Below, one piece after another: positions 22,577-35,962 of a DNA stretch of 64,000 nucleotides (position 1 is its first letter; each line of letters opens with the position of its first letter). The notes beneath the pieces are model-generated. The model saw only the letters and a program-made list of their open reading frames with translations, made no database searches and was not told the DNA's origin. The position numbers and the translations under genes were made by a program. Origin of the DNA: an uncultured Streptococcus sp. (lineage in GTDB: Bacteria; Bacillota; Bacilli; Lactobacillales; Streptococcaceae); contig CAUUTJ010000002.1 of the NCBI GenBank assembly GCA_963548045.1, positions 1,578 through 65,577 on the forward strand. Reading direction: 5' to 3'.

Positions 22577-24001
22577 ATGACAAAAGCTAACTTTGGTGTT
22601 GTTGGTATGGCCGTAATGGGTCGTAACCTTGCCCTTAATATTGAATCTCGTGGCTACACAGTTGCTATCTATAACCGTAGTAAAGAAAAAACAGAAGATG
22701 TTGTTGCTTGCCATCCTGATAAGAACTTTGTGCCAAGCTATGATATCGAAAGCTTCGTAAACTCAATTGAAAAACCACGTCGTATCATGCTCATGGTTCA
22801 AGCAGGACCTGGTACAGACGCAACCATCCAAGCCCTTCTTCCACATTTGGATAAAGGTGATATCTTGATCGACGGAGGAAACACTTTCTATAAAGATACC
22901 ATCCGTCGTAATGAAGAATTGGCGAACTCAGGTATCAACTTTATCGGTACAGGTGTATCTGGTGGTGAAAAAGGTGCCCTTGAAGGTCCTTCTATCATGC
23001 CTGGTGGACAAAAAGAAGCATATGACTTGGTAGCTGACGTTCTTGAAGAAATCTCTGCAAAAGCGCCTGAAGATGGAAAACCATGTGTGACTTACATCGG
23101 TCCTGATGGAGCTGGTCACTACGTGAAAATGGTCCACAACGGGATCGAGTACGGGGATATGCAATTGATCGCAGAAAGCTATGACCTGATGCAACACTTG
23201 CTTGGTCTTTCTGCAGAAGACATGGCTGAAATCTTCACTGAATGGAACAAGGGTGAATTGGACAGCTACTTGATCGAAATCACTGCTGATATCTTGAAAC
23301 GCAAAGACGACGAAGGTCAAGATGGACCAATCGTAGACTACATCTTGGATGCTGCAGGAAACAAAGGAACTGGTAAATGGACTAGCCAATCAGCGCTTGA
23401 CCTTGGTGTGCCATTGTCACTCATTACTGAGTCAGTATTTGCCCGTTATATCTCAACTTACAAAGAAGAACGTGTACACGCTAGCAAGGTGCTTCCAAAA
23501 CCAGCTGCTTTCAAATTTGAAGGCGACAAGGCTGAATTGATTGAAAAAATCCGTCAAGCCCTTTACTTCTCAAAAATCATCTCATACGCACAAGGTTTTG
23601 CGCAATTGCGTGTAGCTTCTAAAGAAAACAACTGGAACTTGCCATTTGCGGACATCGCATCTATCTGGCGCGATGGATGTATCATCCGTTCTCGTTTCTT
23701 GCAAAAGATCACAGATGCTTACAACCGCGATGCAGATCTTGCTAACCTTCTATTGGATGAGTACTTCTTGGATGTCACTGCTAAGTACCAACAATCAGTT
23801 CGTGATATCGTAGCTCTTGCTGTTCAAGCTGGTGTACCAGTACCAACCTTCTCAGCAGCGATCACTTACTTCGACAGCTACCGTTCAGCGGATCTTCCAG
23901 CAAACTTGATCCAAGCACAACGTGACTACTTTGGTGCTCACACATACCAACGTAAAGACAAAGAAGGAACATTCCACTACTCTTGGTATGACGAAAAATA
24001 A
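22577..24001 (+). CDS. gnd: 6-phosphogluconate dehydrogenase
   Basis: [31 protein letters not shown]. Confidence 0.97.
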   Translation: MTKANFGVVGMAVMGRNLALNIESRGYTVAIYNRSKEKTEDVVACHPDKNFVPSYDIESFVNSIEKPRRIMLMVQAGPGTDATIQALLPHLDKGDILIDGGNTFYKDTIRRNEELANSGINFIGTGVSGGEKGALEGPSIMPGGQKEAYDLVADVLEEISAKAPEDGKPCVTYIGPDGAGHYVKMVHNGIEYGDMQLIAESYDLMQHLLGLSAEDMAEIFTEWNKGELDSYLIEITADILKRKDDEGQDGPIVDYILDAAGNKGTGKWTSQSALDLGVPLSLITESVFARYISTYKEERVHASKVLPKPAAFKFEGDKAELIEKIRQALYFSKIISYAQGFAQLRVASKENNWNLPFADIASIWRDGCIIRSRFLQKITDAYNRDADLANLLLDEYFLDVTAKYQQSVRDIVALAVQAGVPVPTFSAAITYFDSYRSADLPANLIQAQRDYFGAHTYQRKDKEGTFHYSWYDEK

Positions 24002-24012
24002 GTAGGTCAGCC

Positions 24013-24702
24013 ATGGGGAAACGGATTTTATTACTTGAGAAAGAAAGAAATCTAGCTCATTTTTTAAGTCTGGAACTCCAAAAAGAGCAATACCGAGTTG
24101 ATCAGGTAGAAGAGGGACAAAAAGCCCTCTTCATGGCTCTTCAGACAGACTATGACTTGATTTTACTGAATGCTCATCTAGGGGATATGACAGCCCAGGA
24201 TTTTGCAGATAAGTTGAGTCGAACCAAGCCAGCTGCGGTGATCATGGTCTTGGACCATCGAGAAGAATTGCAAGACCAACTTGAAACAATCCAGCGTTTC
24301 GCTGTTTCATATATCTATAAACCAATCATTATCGATGATTTGGTCAGTCGTATTTCAGCTATCTTCCGAGGTCGAGATTTCATCGACCAACACTGTAGTC
24401 AGATGAAAGTTCCGACAGCTTATCGCAATCTGCGTATGGATGTTGAACATCATACCGTCTATCGTGGCGAGGAGATGATTGCTCTGACACGTCGTGAATA
24501 TGACCTCTTAGCTACACTTATGGGAAGTAAGAAGGTTTTAACTCGTGAGCAATTGCTGGAAAGTGTTTGGAAGTATGAAAGTGCGACCGAAACCAATATC
24601 GTGGATGTTTATATCCGTTATCTACGTAGCAAACTTGACGTGAAAGGTCAAAAGAGCTACATTAAAACCGTACGTGGTGTTGGTTACACCATGCAAGAAT
24701 AG
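24013..24702 (+). CDS. ritR: Orphan atypical response regulator RitR
   Basis: OmpR-type; phosphoacceptor Asp replaced by Asn (DLILLN), linker Cys (DQHCS), follows gnd. Confidence 0.93.
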   Translation: MGKRILLLEKERNLAHFLSLELQKEQYRVDQVEEGQKALFMALQTDYDLILLNAHLGDMTAQDFADKLSRTKPAAVIMVLDHREELQDQLETIQRFAVSYIYKPIIIDDLVSRISAIFRGRDFIDQHCSQMKVPTAYRNLRMDVEHHTVYRGEEMIALTRREYDLLATLMGSKKVLTREQLLESVWKYESATETNIVDVYIRYLRSKLDVKGQKSYIKTVRGVGYTMQE

Positions 24703-24798
24703 AAAAGCAGTTGCAGTTTTGTAACTGCTTTTTTTGAAGTCGTTGAAATGTTGACATATGATTTGATTTTTGCTACAATCATTTTGGAAGAAACAAGA

Positions 24799-25716
24799 AT
24801 GAAATTTTTGAAAAAAATGATGCAAGTTGGACTAGCAGTATTCTTTTTTGGTCTGTTAGCAACAAGTACAGTATTTGCGGATACTACAGGTGGACAGTTT
24901 GTTGATAAGAACAATAGAAAATATTATATAAAAGATGACCATAAAGCAATCTATTGGCATAAAATAGACGGCAAAAACTACTATTTTGGTGATAGAGGAG
25001 AAATGGTTATCGGTTGGCAATACATAGAAATTCCTGGGACAGGTTACCGAGATAATTTATTAGATAACCAACCAGTTAATGAAATCGGCCTTCAACACAA
25101 GTGGTACTATTTTGGACAAGATGGGGTACTACAAGAATTTGTTGGCTGGAAACAATTAGAGGCTAAGGATTCCTTAACTGTTGGCAAAAAACATGGTGAA
25201 GGCTGGGAAGGCCCAGAAGTTCTTAAATTAGCAAACTATTACTTTGACCAAGACCATTCTTTAAAAACAGGTTGGCTTTACGATCAGTCTAACTGGTATT
25301 ACCTAGCAAAAACAGGTTCTTCAGGAAAAGACTACCTTGGTGGTGAAAGACGTGCTGGTTGGATTAACGACAATTCAACTTGGTACTATCTTGATCCAAC
25401 AACTGCTGCAATGCAAACGGGTTGGCAGTACTTAGGTAATAAATGGTATTATCTCCGTTCATCAGGAGCTATGGCGACAGGCTGGTATCTAGATGGTTCA
25501 ACTTGGTATTACCTAGATGCTCAAAACGGTGATATGAAAACTGGCTGGATTTATGTCGATAATACTTGGTATTACCTCCGTTCATCAGGAGCTATGGTGA
25601 CAGGTTGGTTCCAAGTTAATGGTAAATGGTACTATGCTTATAGTTCAGGTGCCTTAGCTGTGAATACCACTGTAGGTGGCTACTACGTCAACTACAATGG
25701 TGAGTGGGTACAATAA
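24799..25716 (+). CDS. Choline-binding protein of CbpC/CbpJ/CbpF family
   Basis: Signal peptide MKFLKK...VFA; repeated WYYL...GAMATGW choline-binding repeats. Confidence 0.9.
   Translation: MKFLKKMMQVGLAVFFFGLLATSTVFADTTGGQFVDKNNRKYYIKDDHKAIYWHKIDGKNYYFGDRGEMVIGWQYIEIPGTGYRDNLLDNQPVNEIGLQHKWYYFGQDGVLQEFVGWKQLEAKDSLTVGKKHGEGWEGPEVLKLANYYFDQDHSLKTGWLYDQSNWYYLAKTGSSGKDYLGGERRAGWINDNSTWYYLDPTTAAMQTGWQYLGNKWYYLRSSGAMATGWYLDGSTWYYLDAQNGDMKTGWIYVDNTWYYLRSSGAMVTGWFQVNGKWYYAYSSGALAVNTTVGGYYVNYNGEWVQ
25264..25713 (+). repeat. Choline-binding repeat array (~20-aa units)
   Basis: Near-identical DNA units TGGTATTAYCTCCGTTCATCAGGAGCTATGG at ~25444 and ~25568. Confidence 0.85.
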
Positions 25717-25839
25717 TGAAAACAAGCGATTGTGAAAGGAAACAATCGCTTTTTTTGTGAAAATATAATAAAATAGAAAGGAATAAAGTTCTAAAATTTT
25801 ATCTAGAAACAGATGATTTTCATCTGATAGTAGGATTAA

Positions 25840-26718
25840 ATGACAAAAGAAGTTGGTGTCGGTCAGGCACATAGTAAAATTATTTTAATAGGAGAGCATG
25901 CAGTGGTTTATGGCTACCCAGCCATCTCTTTACCTCTTTTAGAGGTAGAGGTGACTTGTCGGGTGGTTCCAGCAGCTACACCATGGCGTCTTTTTGAAGA
26001 GGATACCTTGTCTATGGCTGTGTATGCTTCTCTCGAGTATTTAAATATCCAGGATGCTTGCATTCGTTGTCAAATTGACTCGGCTATTCCGGAAAAGCGG
26101 GGAATGGGGTCCTCAGCAGCCATAAGTATTGCGGCCATTCGTGCAGTATTTGATTATTACCAAGCAGAACTCCCACATGATGTTTTGGAAATTTTGGTCA
26201 ATCGAGCTGAAATGATTGCCCATATGAATCCTAGTGGTTTAGATGCTAAGACTTGCCTAAGTGACCAGCCTATTCGTTTTATCAAGAATGTAGGTTTTGA
26301 AGAATTAACCATGGATTTATCAGCTTATCTGGTCATTGCAGATACTGGAGTTTATGGACATACTCGTGAAGCTATCCAAGTTGTTGAGAGCAAGGGTAAG
26401 GATGCTCTACCTTTCTTGCATGCGCTAGGAGAGTTGACCCAAGAAGCAGAAAAAGCGATAAAAACAAAAGATGCCATGAAGCTGGGAGAAATTCTAACCA
26501 AAGCTCATGGGAATCTAAAAGAAATCGGAGTTAGTAGCCTTGAAGCGGATGCCTTGGTTGAAACTGCTCTCGAACATGGCGCTTTAGGTGCCAAGATGAG
26601 TGGTGGTGGTCTAGGAGGTTGCATCATCGCCTTGGTTGCTAATGTCAGTCAAGCACAAGAACTCGCAGAAAGATTAGAAGAGAAAGGAGCTGTTCAGACA
26701 TGGATCGAAAGCCTGTAA
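25840..26718 (+). CDS. mvk: Mevalonate kinase
   Basis: GEHAVVYG, PEKRGMGSSAA, KMSGGGLGGC. Confidence 0.95.
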   Translation: MTKEVGVGQAHSKIILIGEHAVVYGYPAISLPLLEVEVTCRVVPAATPWRLFEEDTLSMAVYASLEYLNIQDACIRCQIDSAIPEKRGMGSSAAISIAAIRAVFDYYQAELPHDVLEILVNRAEMIAHMNPSGLDAKTCLSDQPIRFIKNVGFEELTMDLSAYLVIADTGVYGHTREAIQVVESKGKDALPFLHALGELTQEAEKAIKTKDAMKLGEILTKAHGNLKEIGVSSLEADALVETALEHGALGAKMSGGGLGGCIIALVANVSQAQELAERLEEKGAVQTWIESL

Positions 26719-27639
26719 CAGTACGTTCCTATGCCAATATTGCTATTATCAAATATTGGGGTAAGAAAGCAGAAAAAGAGATGGTTCCCGCGACTAGCAG
26801 TATCTCTCTGACTTTAGAAAATATGTTTACGGAGACGACACTTTCACCTTTGCCAGCAGATGCTAGGACAGATGAGTTTTACATCAATGGTCAGTTGCAA
26901 AATGAAGCTGAACATATCAAGATGCGTAAAATCATTGACCGCTATCGTCCTGAAGGGGTAGGTTTTATTCGTATTGACACCAAGAACAATATGCCAACAG
27001 CGGCAGGTCTTTCTTCAAGTTCTAGTGGTTTGTCTGCTCTAGTCAAAGCCTGCAATGCTTACTTCCAATTAGGGCTAGATCGTAAAGAATTAGCTTTGGA
27101 AGCTAAGTTCGCATCTGGTTCTTCATCTCGTAGTTTTTATGGACCGATAGCAGCTTGGGATAAGGATAGTGGAGAGATTTATCCAGTTGAAACTGACTTG
27201 AAACTAGCTATGATTATGTTGGTCTTGGAAGACCAGAAAAAACCAATCTCTAGTCGGGATGGCATGAAACTCTGTGTGGAAACTTCAACGACTTTTGATG
27301 AGTGGATTCGTCAGTCTGAACAAGACTACAAGGATATGCTGGTCTACCTCAAGGAAAACGACTTTGAGAAGGTTGGAGAATTAACAGAGAAAAATGCTCT
27401 CGCTATGCATGCTACGACCAAGACTGCAACTCCATCCTTCTCTTACTTGACAGATGCGAGTTATGAGGCTATGGATTTCGTTCGTCAGCTTAGAGAACAA
27501 GGAGAATCTTGTTACTTCACCATGGATGCGGGGCCTAATGTAAAGGTTCTTTGTTTAGAAAAAGACTTGGAACATCTATCAAAACTTTTAGGTCAACGCT
27601 ATCGCTTAATCGTTTCAAAGACAAAGGATTTGAGCCAAG

Positions 27640-27653
<14 letters not shown>
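26700..27653 (+). CDS. mvaD: Diphosphomevalonate decarboxylase
   Basis: NIAIIKYWGK, PTAAGLSSSSSG, TMDAGPN. Confidence 0.95.
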
Positions 27654-29632
<1,979 letters not shown>

Positions 29633-29663
29633 GGAGGTCGGGATTTTGGTCCCGGTCTTTTTA

Positions 29664-29706
29664 TCATTCCTCAGACTGATGTGACATTTTGGTTTTGTGA
29701 TACAAT
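29664..29706 (+). promoter_or_regulatory. Putative LiaR site and extended -10 of liaFSR
   Basis: TCATTCCTCAGACTGA imperfect palindrome; TGATACAAT. Confidence 0.5.
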
Positions 29707-29726
29707 AAAATAGAGAGGACGGATAC

Positions 29727-30425
29727 ATGCGAAAATTTCAAATTTTTCTATTTATTGAAGCTTGTTTATTGACAGGAGCTCTGATTATGATGGTATCAGA
29801 GCATTTTTCCCGTTTTCTGCTGATCTTGCTCTTGTTTTTACTGCTGATTCGATACTACACTGGAAGACAGGGAAATAACCTTATATTAGTGGCAGTGAGC
29901 ATCCTATTTTTCTTTATCATCATGCTCAATCCTTTTGTTATTATGGCTATCTTTGTGGCCTTGATATATAGCCTGTTCTTACTTTATCCTATGATGAACC
30001 AGGAAAGAGAAGATACCAATCTGATTTTTGAAGAAGTTGTGACGGTGAAGAGAGAGAAAAATCGCTGGTTTGGGAATCTCCACCATTTTTCAAGTTATCA
30101 GACTTGTCGCTTTGATGATATCAACCTTTTTCGTCTCATGGGGAAAGATACTGTTCATCTAGAGCACGTGATTTTGAGCAATCATGATAATGTCATCATC
30201 CTTAGAAAACTAGTCGGTACGACTAGAATTATCGTACCAGTGGATGTGGAAGTCAGTCTTAGTGTCAATTCTCTGTATGGAGATTTAACCTTCTTTGACC
30301 AGCCTAAACGTGCTCTACGCAATGAACAATTCCATCAAGAAACTAGAGATTATCTCAAGAGTCCAAAGAGTGTTAAGATTCTTTTGACAACTATGGTTGG
30401 AGATGTTGAGGTGGTGCGCGGATGA
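29727..30425 (+). CDS. liaF: LiaF accessory membrane protein
   Basis: Four N-terminal TMs, DDIN motif, precedes kinase and regulator. Confidence 0.9.
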   Translation: MRKFQIFLFIEACLLTGALIMMVSEHFSRFLLILLLFLLLIRYYTGRQGNNLILVAVSILFFFIIMLNPFVIMAIFVALIYSLFLLYPMMNQEREDTNLIFEEVVTVKREKNRWFGNLHHFSSYQTCRFDDINLFRLMGKDTVHLEHVILSNHDNVIILRKLVGTTRIIVPVDVEVSLSVNSLYGDLTFFDQPKRALRNEQFHQETRDYLKSPKSVKILLTTMVGDVEVVRG

Positions 30426-31420
30426 AAAAACAGCCCTATATTTTAATTGGTCTCACTTCATTCCTCTTTGTCGCCTTTCTAATTCGAAGCATTTTTAAGG
30501 TTCTGGATTTAGAGTGGAGCTCTCTTTTTCAGGATCTAGAAAAGACAGAAAAAATCGTGTTTCTGGCTTTGATGTTTAGTTTTGCCCTAGCCTTTTTGTT
30601 TGTCCTATTCTGGACAATGGTTGATGAAATTTCTAAAAGAAGAATACAAGCAAATCTCAAACGTCTGCTAGCTGGTAAAGATATTGAAAGTCTGGGAGAT
30701 GCAGATTTAGACGCAAGTTTTAGAAACCTTTCAGGAAAGCTTGGTTTGTTGACAGAAGCTATTCAAAAAGCAGACAATCAGGCCTTGGTCAAAGAAGAAG
30801 AAATTGTTGAAAAGGAGCGCAAGCGAATCGCACGTGACTTGCATGATACGGTTAGTCAAGAAATTTTCGCTGCTCATATGATACTATCAGGTCTCAGTCA
30901 ACAAGCTTCCAAGTTAGACAGAGTGAAGATGCAGACACAACTTCAGAGTGTGACTGCTATTTTGGAAACTGCTCAAAGAGATTTGCGTATTTTACTCTTG
31001 CATTTGCGTCCTATTGAACTGGAACAAAAGAGTTTGGTGGAGGGGATTCAGATACTCCTCAAAGAACTAGAAGAAAAAAGTGATCTAAAGGTAAGTTTTA
31101 AATATCAGGTAACTGCATTACCTAAAAAGATAGAAGAGCATATTTTCCGTATTGTCCAAGAATTGATCAGTAATACCCTTCGGCATGCGCAGGCTTCTTG
31201 TCTGGATGTTTACCTTTATCAAACGGAAACTGAATTGCAGTTGAAGGTGGCAGACAATGGGCGCGGTTTTCAACTAGATGATGGAGACGAACTGAGCTAT
31301 GGTTTACGGAATATCAAAGAACGTGTAGAAGATATGGCTGGGACTATACAATTATTAACAGCTCCCAAGCAAGGTTTAGCAGTGGATATTCGCATTCCTT
31401 TGCTTGATTTGGATAAATAA
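30422..31420 (+). CDS. liaS: Histidine kinase LiaS
   Basis: ERKRIARDLHDTVSQ, DNGRGF, YGLRNIKER. Confidence 0.93.
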   Translation: MKKQPYILIGLTSFLFVAFLIRSIFKVLDLEWSSLFQDLEKTEKIVFLALMFSFALAFLFVLFWTMVDEISKRRIQANLKRLLAGKDIESLGDADLDASFRNLSGKLGLLTEAIQKADNQALVKEEEIVEKERKRIARDLHDTVSQEIFAAHMILSGLSQQASKLDRVKMQTQLQSVTAILETAQRDLRILLLHLRPIELEQKSLVEGIQILLKELEEKSDLKVSFKYQVTALPKKIEEHIFRIVQELISNTLRHAQASCLDVYLYQTETELQLKVADNGRGFQLDDGDELSYGLRNIKERVEDMAGTIQLLTAPKQGLAVDIRIPLLDLDK

Positions 31421-31431
31421 GAGGAAGTAAG

Positions 31432-32064
31432 ATGAAACTATTATTGGTAGATGACCACCAAATGGTGCGTCTGGGTTTAAAAAGTTATTTTGAATTACAA
31501 GATGATGTAGAGGTTGTAGGAGAAGCAACCAATGGAGCAGAAGGGGTTTCCAAGGCCTTGGAGCTTCGTCCAGATGTGATTGTCATGGATATTGTCATGC
31601 CTGAAGTCAACGGGATTGATGCAACACTAGCTATTCTCAAAGAATGGCCAGAGGCTAAAATTTTGATCGTGACATCTTACCTAGACAATGAAAAAATTAT
31701 GCCGGTCTTGAATGCTGGGGCTAGGGGCTATATGCTCAAGACTTCGAGCGCAGATGAGTTGCTGCATGCTGTTCGTAAGGTAGCAGCTGGTGAGTTCGCT
31801 ATTGAACAAGAGGTGAGCAAGAAGGTAGAATACAACCGGAATCACGTCGAACTACATGAAGATCTGACAGCTCGTGAACGAGATGTCCTTCAACTAATCG
31901 CTAAAGGCTATGAAAATCAGCGTATTGCAGATGAGCTTTTTATCTCCCTAAAGACTGTTAAAACGCATGTTTCGAACATTCTTGCTAAACTTCAGGTTAG
32001 TGACCGTACACAGGTAGCTGTTTATGCCTTTCAGCATCACTTGGTAGGTCCTGACGAATTTTAA
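31432..32064 (+). CDS. liaR: NarL-family response regulator LiaR
   Basis: VDDH, MDIVMP, LFISLKTVKTHVSNIL. Confidence 0.93.
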   Translation: MKLLLVDDHQMVRLGLKSYFELQDDVEVVGEATNGAEGVSKALELRPDVIVMDIVMPEVNGIDATLAILKEWPEAKILIVTSYLDNEKIMPVLNAGARGYMLKTSSADELLHAVRKVAAGEFAIEQEVSKKVEYNRNHVELHEDLTARERDVLQLIAKGYENQRIADELFISLKTVKTHVSNILAKLQVSDRTQVAVYAFQHHLVGPDEF

Positions 32065-32176
32065 GGAAGCTAAGATGTAACTCAAGCATGGATGAAAAGC
32101 GCATCCATTACTTGAAAAAATTCGCTACTATATGGTATAATGGACTGTATTAAAAATTTTAAGGAGAAATGACAGA

Positions 32177-33460
32177 ATGTCTGTATCATTTGAAAACAAA
32201 GAAACAAACCGTGGTGTCTTGACTTTCACTATCTCTCAAGACCAAATCAAACCAGAATTGGACCGTGTATTTAACTCAGTAAAGAAAACTCTTAACGTTC
32301 CAGGTTTCCGTAAAGGTCACCTTCCACGTCCTATCTTCGACCAAAAATTTGGTGAAGAAGCACTTTACCAAGATGCAATGAACGCTCTTTTGCCAGATGC
32401 TTATGAAGCAGCTGTTAAAGAAGCTGGTCTTGAAGTAGTTGCACAACCAAAAATTGACGTAACTTCTATGGAAAAAGGTCAAGACTGGGTTATCACTGCA
32501 GAAGTTGTTACAAAACCTGAAGTTAAATTGGGTGAATACAAAAACCTTGAAGTATCAGTTGATGTAGATAAAGAAGTAACTGACGCTGATGTAGATGCAC
32601 GTATCGAACGTGAACGCAACAACTTGGCAGAATTGGTAATCAAAGATGGTGCTGCTGAAGACGGCGACACTGTTGTTATCGACTTCGTTGGTTCTATCGA
32701 CGGTGTTGAATTTGACGGCGGAAAAGGTGAAAACTTCTCACTTGGACTTGGTTCAGGACAATTCATCCCTGGATTTGAAGACCAATTGGTTGGACACTCA
32801 GCTGGTGAAACTGTTGACGTTATCGTAACATTCCCAGAAGACTACCAAGCAGAAGACCTTGCAGGTAAAGAAGCTAAATTCGTAACAACTATCCACGAAG
32901 TAAAAGCTAAAGAAGTTCCAGCTCTTGACGATGAACTTGCAAAAGACATCGACGAAGAAGTTGAAACTCTTGACGAATTGAAAGAAAAATACCGCAAAGA
33001 ATTGGCTGCTGCTAAAGAAGAAGCATACAAAGATGCCGTTGAAGGTGCAGCAATCGATAAAGCTGTTGAAAACGCTGAAATCGTAGAACTTCCAGAAGAA
33101 ATGATCCACGAAGAAGTTCACCGTTCAGTAAATGAATTCCTTGGGAACTTGCAACGTCAAGGTATCAACCCTGACATGTACTTCCAAATCACTGGAACTA
33201 CTCAAGAAGACCTTCACAAACAATACGAAGCAGAAGCTGAGTCACGTACGAAGACTAACCTTGTTATCGAAGCAGTTGCGAAAGCTGAAGGATTTGATGC
33301 TTCAGAAGAAGAAATCCAAAAAGAAATCGAGCAATTGGCTGCAGATTACAACATGGAAGTTGCCCAAGTACAAAGCTTGCTTTCAGCTGACATGTTGAAA
33401 CACGATATCACAATCAAAAAAGCTGTTGAATTGATCACAAGCACTGCAACAGTAAAATAA
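32177..33460 (+). CDS. tig: Trigger factor
   Basis: [15 protein letters not shown]. Confidence 0.97.
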   Translation: MSVSFENKETNRGVLTFTISQDQIKPELDRVFNSVKKTLNVPGFRKGHLPRPIFDQKFGEEALYQDAMNALLPDAYEAAVKEAGLEVVAQPKIDVTSMEKGQDWVITAEVVTKPEVKLGEYKNLEVSVDVDKEVTDADVDARIERERNNLAELVIKDGAAEDGDTVVIDFVGSIDGVEFDGGKGENFSLGLGSGQFIPGFEDQLVGHSAGETVDVIVTFPEDYQAEDLAGKEAKFVTTIHEVKAKEVPALDDELAKDIDEEVETLDELKEKYRKELAAAKEEAYKDAVEGAAIDKAVENAEIVELPEEMIHEEVHRSVNEFLGNLQRQGINPDMYFQITGTTQEDLHKQYEAEAESRTKTNLVIEAVAKAEGFDASEEEIQKEIEQLAADYNMEVAQVQSLLSADMLKHDITIKKAVELITSTATVK

Positions 33461-33472
33461 TCTGAAAAGATA

Positions 33473-33498
33473 AAAAGCCCACCGAATCGGTGGGTTTT
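33473..33498. terminator. Bidirectional terminator tig/recD2
   Basis: AAAAGCCCACCGA/TCGGTGGGTTTT. Confidence 0.85.
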
Positions 33499-33506
33499 CT
33501 TATACT

Positions 33507-35873
33507 TTATTTTCCGAAAAATTCTTGAAGGTCATCCTGGCTAATTCCAATCATAGCTGGGATACTGGTCCAGTTTTCTTCGGTCAGAATGTAGGATTGC
33601 TGCGAATCGGTCTGATCGGTGGGTTCAAGAATAGGCTTATTTACTTCTTCAGAGCTTTCAGTTAAGTCGCTGAAACGTTCAATTAGATAGGTCTTGCGAG
33701 CCGTTCCAATGTGTTTAGTCGCATAATCAAAGGCCTGCAGTTCACCAAGTAGAATGAGTTTGCTTTTGGCGCGAGTGATAGCAGTATAGATGAGATTGCG
33801 CTCTAGCATGCGCTTGCTAGCACTGGTAATCGGTAAAATCACAACTGGAAACTCACTACCCTGAGACTTATGGATACTCATAGCATAGGCGAGGCGTATC
33901 TTGTACCATTCATTTCGAGGATAGGAGATCTCGTTGCCATCAAAATCGATCATGATTTCATCTTGCTTGGATTCAGTGTATTTTCCAGGAATCAGATCTG
34001 TGATATAACCTAAATCTCCATTAAAGACATTGATTTCAGCATCGTTAACAAGATGAATCACCTTATCGCCTGTGCGATAATGAAACTGACTTGCTTCAAA
34101 ACTAATTTGTCCATTTTGAAGAGGATTGAGCAGTTCTTGCATGAGTTGATTGATAGCGTCAATTCCTGCTGTACCACGATACATAGGCGCTAGAACTTGG
34201 ATATCACGAGCAGGGATGCCGCTTCTAATAGCAGCATCTAGGATTTTTTCAATGGTCGCAGGGATATGGCTACTAGCAATTTCAAAGTAGGAACGATCTG
34301 CTTTTTTCTGAGTAAAATCAGCAGGCAATATTCCTTGACGAATCTGACTAGCAAGGGTGACAATGGTTGATTCTTCACTCTGACGGTAGATTCTTTCCAA
34401 GCGTGTTTGAGGGATACTTGGAATTTGGAGTAAGTCAGCCAGTACTTGACCAGGGCTAACCGATGGTAGCTGGTCACTATCTCCGACGATGAGAATTTTA
34501 CTGTTAGAGGAGATGTTGGAGAAGAGTTGATTGGCTAGCCAGGTATCCACCATAGAGAACTCATCCACGATGATAAAATCAGCATCAAGATAATCCTCCA
34601 AATGACTGGTATCGTCGTCTCCAGTCATACCTAAATGGCGGTGAATCGTTGCACTAGGCAAGCCTGTCAGTTCATTCATGCGACGTGCTGCACGACCGGT
34701 TGGAGCAGCAAGGAGAATCGGTAGACTGCTTTTCTTTCTAAGGTCGAGCCCCTCTAATAGGGCATAAACACCAATAATCCCATTGATAACAGTGGTCTTA
34801 CCTGTACCAGGTCCACCTGTCAGGATAAAGACCTTGTTTTGGATAGCGTCGCAGATAGCCTGTTTTTGAATGGCATCGTATTGGATACCTAATTCTTCTT
34901 CAACTGTAGCAATATGCTCCTGGATGGTTTTTATTTCATGTTTATTGGGCTCTTCTTTTTCAAGGATGCGAATGAGGTGATTGTGGATTCCTTCTTCAGC
35001 GAAAAAGAGACTGTTGTCAAAGATTTTCGTATCAACCTGTTGAACTTTTTCTTCTTCAATGAGATTGGATAATTCTTGTGCAAGTTGACTGGGCTCCAGT
35101 TCAACAGGTCGTGAGGATTCAAGTAGGGTTAGAGTCTTTTCTAATAGATCTCTGGCTTCAACATAAGTATCCCCACTTTCCATACAAGCATTTAAAAGGC
35201 TATGAACAAGACCTGCTCGAAAGCGTTCAGGTGCCTGACTCTCAATCCCCAATTCCTGTGCTAATTGGTCAGCGATGGTAAAGCCCAAACCCTTGATATC
35301 TTCTACCAACTGATAAGGATAATTTTCAACGATATCGATGGTTTCCTCTTTATAGGTATCCTGGATTTGAATAGCTAATTTATTGGGAATGCCGTAGTTT
35401 GCAAGCTTGGCCAAAACCATCTCAGTTCCGTAGTTGAGACGAAGTGTAGAAACGAAGGCCTCACGACTTTTAGAAGATAGTCCTGAGATGGTTTCGAGTT
35501 TCTCAGGATGCTCCAGGATTTCATCAATGGTATTTTCTCCGTAGAGTTCCACAATTTTCTGGGCAGTTTTGAGACCAATCCCTTTGAAATGGCTACTTGA
35601 GAAATACTTGACTAAGCCCTTACTAGTTGGTTTTGCTCTTTCGTAACGGGTAATTTGTAGTTGCTCTCCGTATTTGGAGTGTTGGACAATCTGTCCCCAA
35701 AAAGTGTATTCCTCTCCCTCGATGACATCAGCCATAGTTCCTGTCACAATGATCTCGAAATCATCAAAGTCCTCAGCATTGGTATCCTCTATATCTAAGA
35801 GGAGAATACGGTAAAAATTGCTGACATTTTCAAAAATAATACGTTCAATCGTACCTGTAAAATAGACTTCCAT
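33507..35873 (-). CDS. recD2: RecD2 helicase
   Basis: GGPGTGKT, APTGRAA, VDEFSM, SIHKSQGSE, YTAITRA. Confidence 0.94.
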   Translation of the reverse strand: MEVYFTGTIERIIFENVSNFYRILLLDIEDTNAEDFDDFEIIVTGTMADVIEGEEYTFWGQIVQHSKYGEQLQITRYERAKPTSKGLVKYFSSSHFKGIGLKTAQKIVELYGENTIDEILEHPEKLETISGLSSKSREAFVSTLRLNYGTEMVLAKLANYGIPNKLAIQIQDTYKEETIDIVENYPYQLVEDIKGLGFTIADQLAQELGIESQAPERFRAGLVHSLLNACMESGDTYVEARDLLEKTLTLLESSRPVELEPSQLAQELSNLIEEEKVQQVDTKIFDNSLFFAEEGIHNHLIRILEKEEPNKHEIKTIQEHIATVEEELGIQYDAIQKQAICDAIQNKVFILTGGPGTGKTTVINGIIGVYALLEGLDLRKKSSLPILLAAPTGRAARRMNELTGLPSATIHRHLGMTGDDDTSHLEDYLDADFIIVDEFSMVDTWLANQLFSNISSNSKILIVGDSDQLPSVSPGQVLADLLQIPSIPQTRLERIYRQSEESTIVTLASQIRQGILPADFTQKKADRSYFEIASSHIPATIEKILDAAIRSGIPARDIQVLAPMYRGTAGIDAINQLMQELLNPLQNGQISFEASQFHYRTGDKVIHLVNDAEINVFNGDLGYITDLIPGKYTESKQDEIMIDFDGNEISYPRNEWYKIRLAYAMSIHKSQGSEFPVVILPITSASKRMLERNLIYTAITRAKSKLILLGELQAFDYATKHIGTARKTYLIERFSDLTESSEEVNKPILEPTDQTDSQQSYILTEENWTSIPAMIGISQDDLQEFFGK

Positions 35874-35962
35874 ATAATTCCTTTACATTCATGAATGAGA
35901 AAAGATCATTCAGAATAGAATGAGAAGAGGCTGAGATTGGTATTCTCGGCCTCTTAGTATTT

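Noticed and set aside
22928..23389. 153-aa antisense ORF in gnd and similar antisense ORFs in pfl, clpL, tig, pheST and rpoE
   Set aside because: Expected shadows of strong codon bias in highly expressed genes
24013..24702. Response regulator without phosphoacceptor Asp or cognate kinase
   Set aside because: Known property of RitR, not novel and not a pseudogene
25264..25713. Periodic DNA repeats considered as a CRISPR-like array
   Set aside because: In-frame choline-binding repeats; no unique spacers or cas genes
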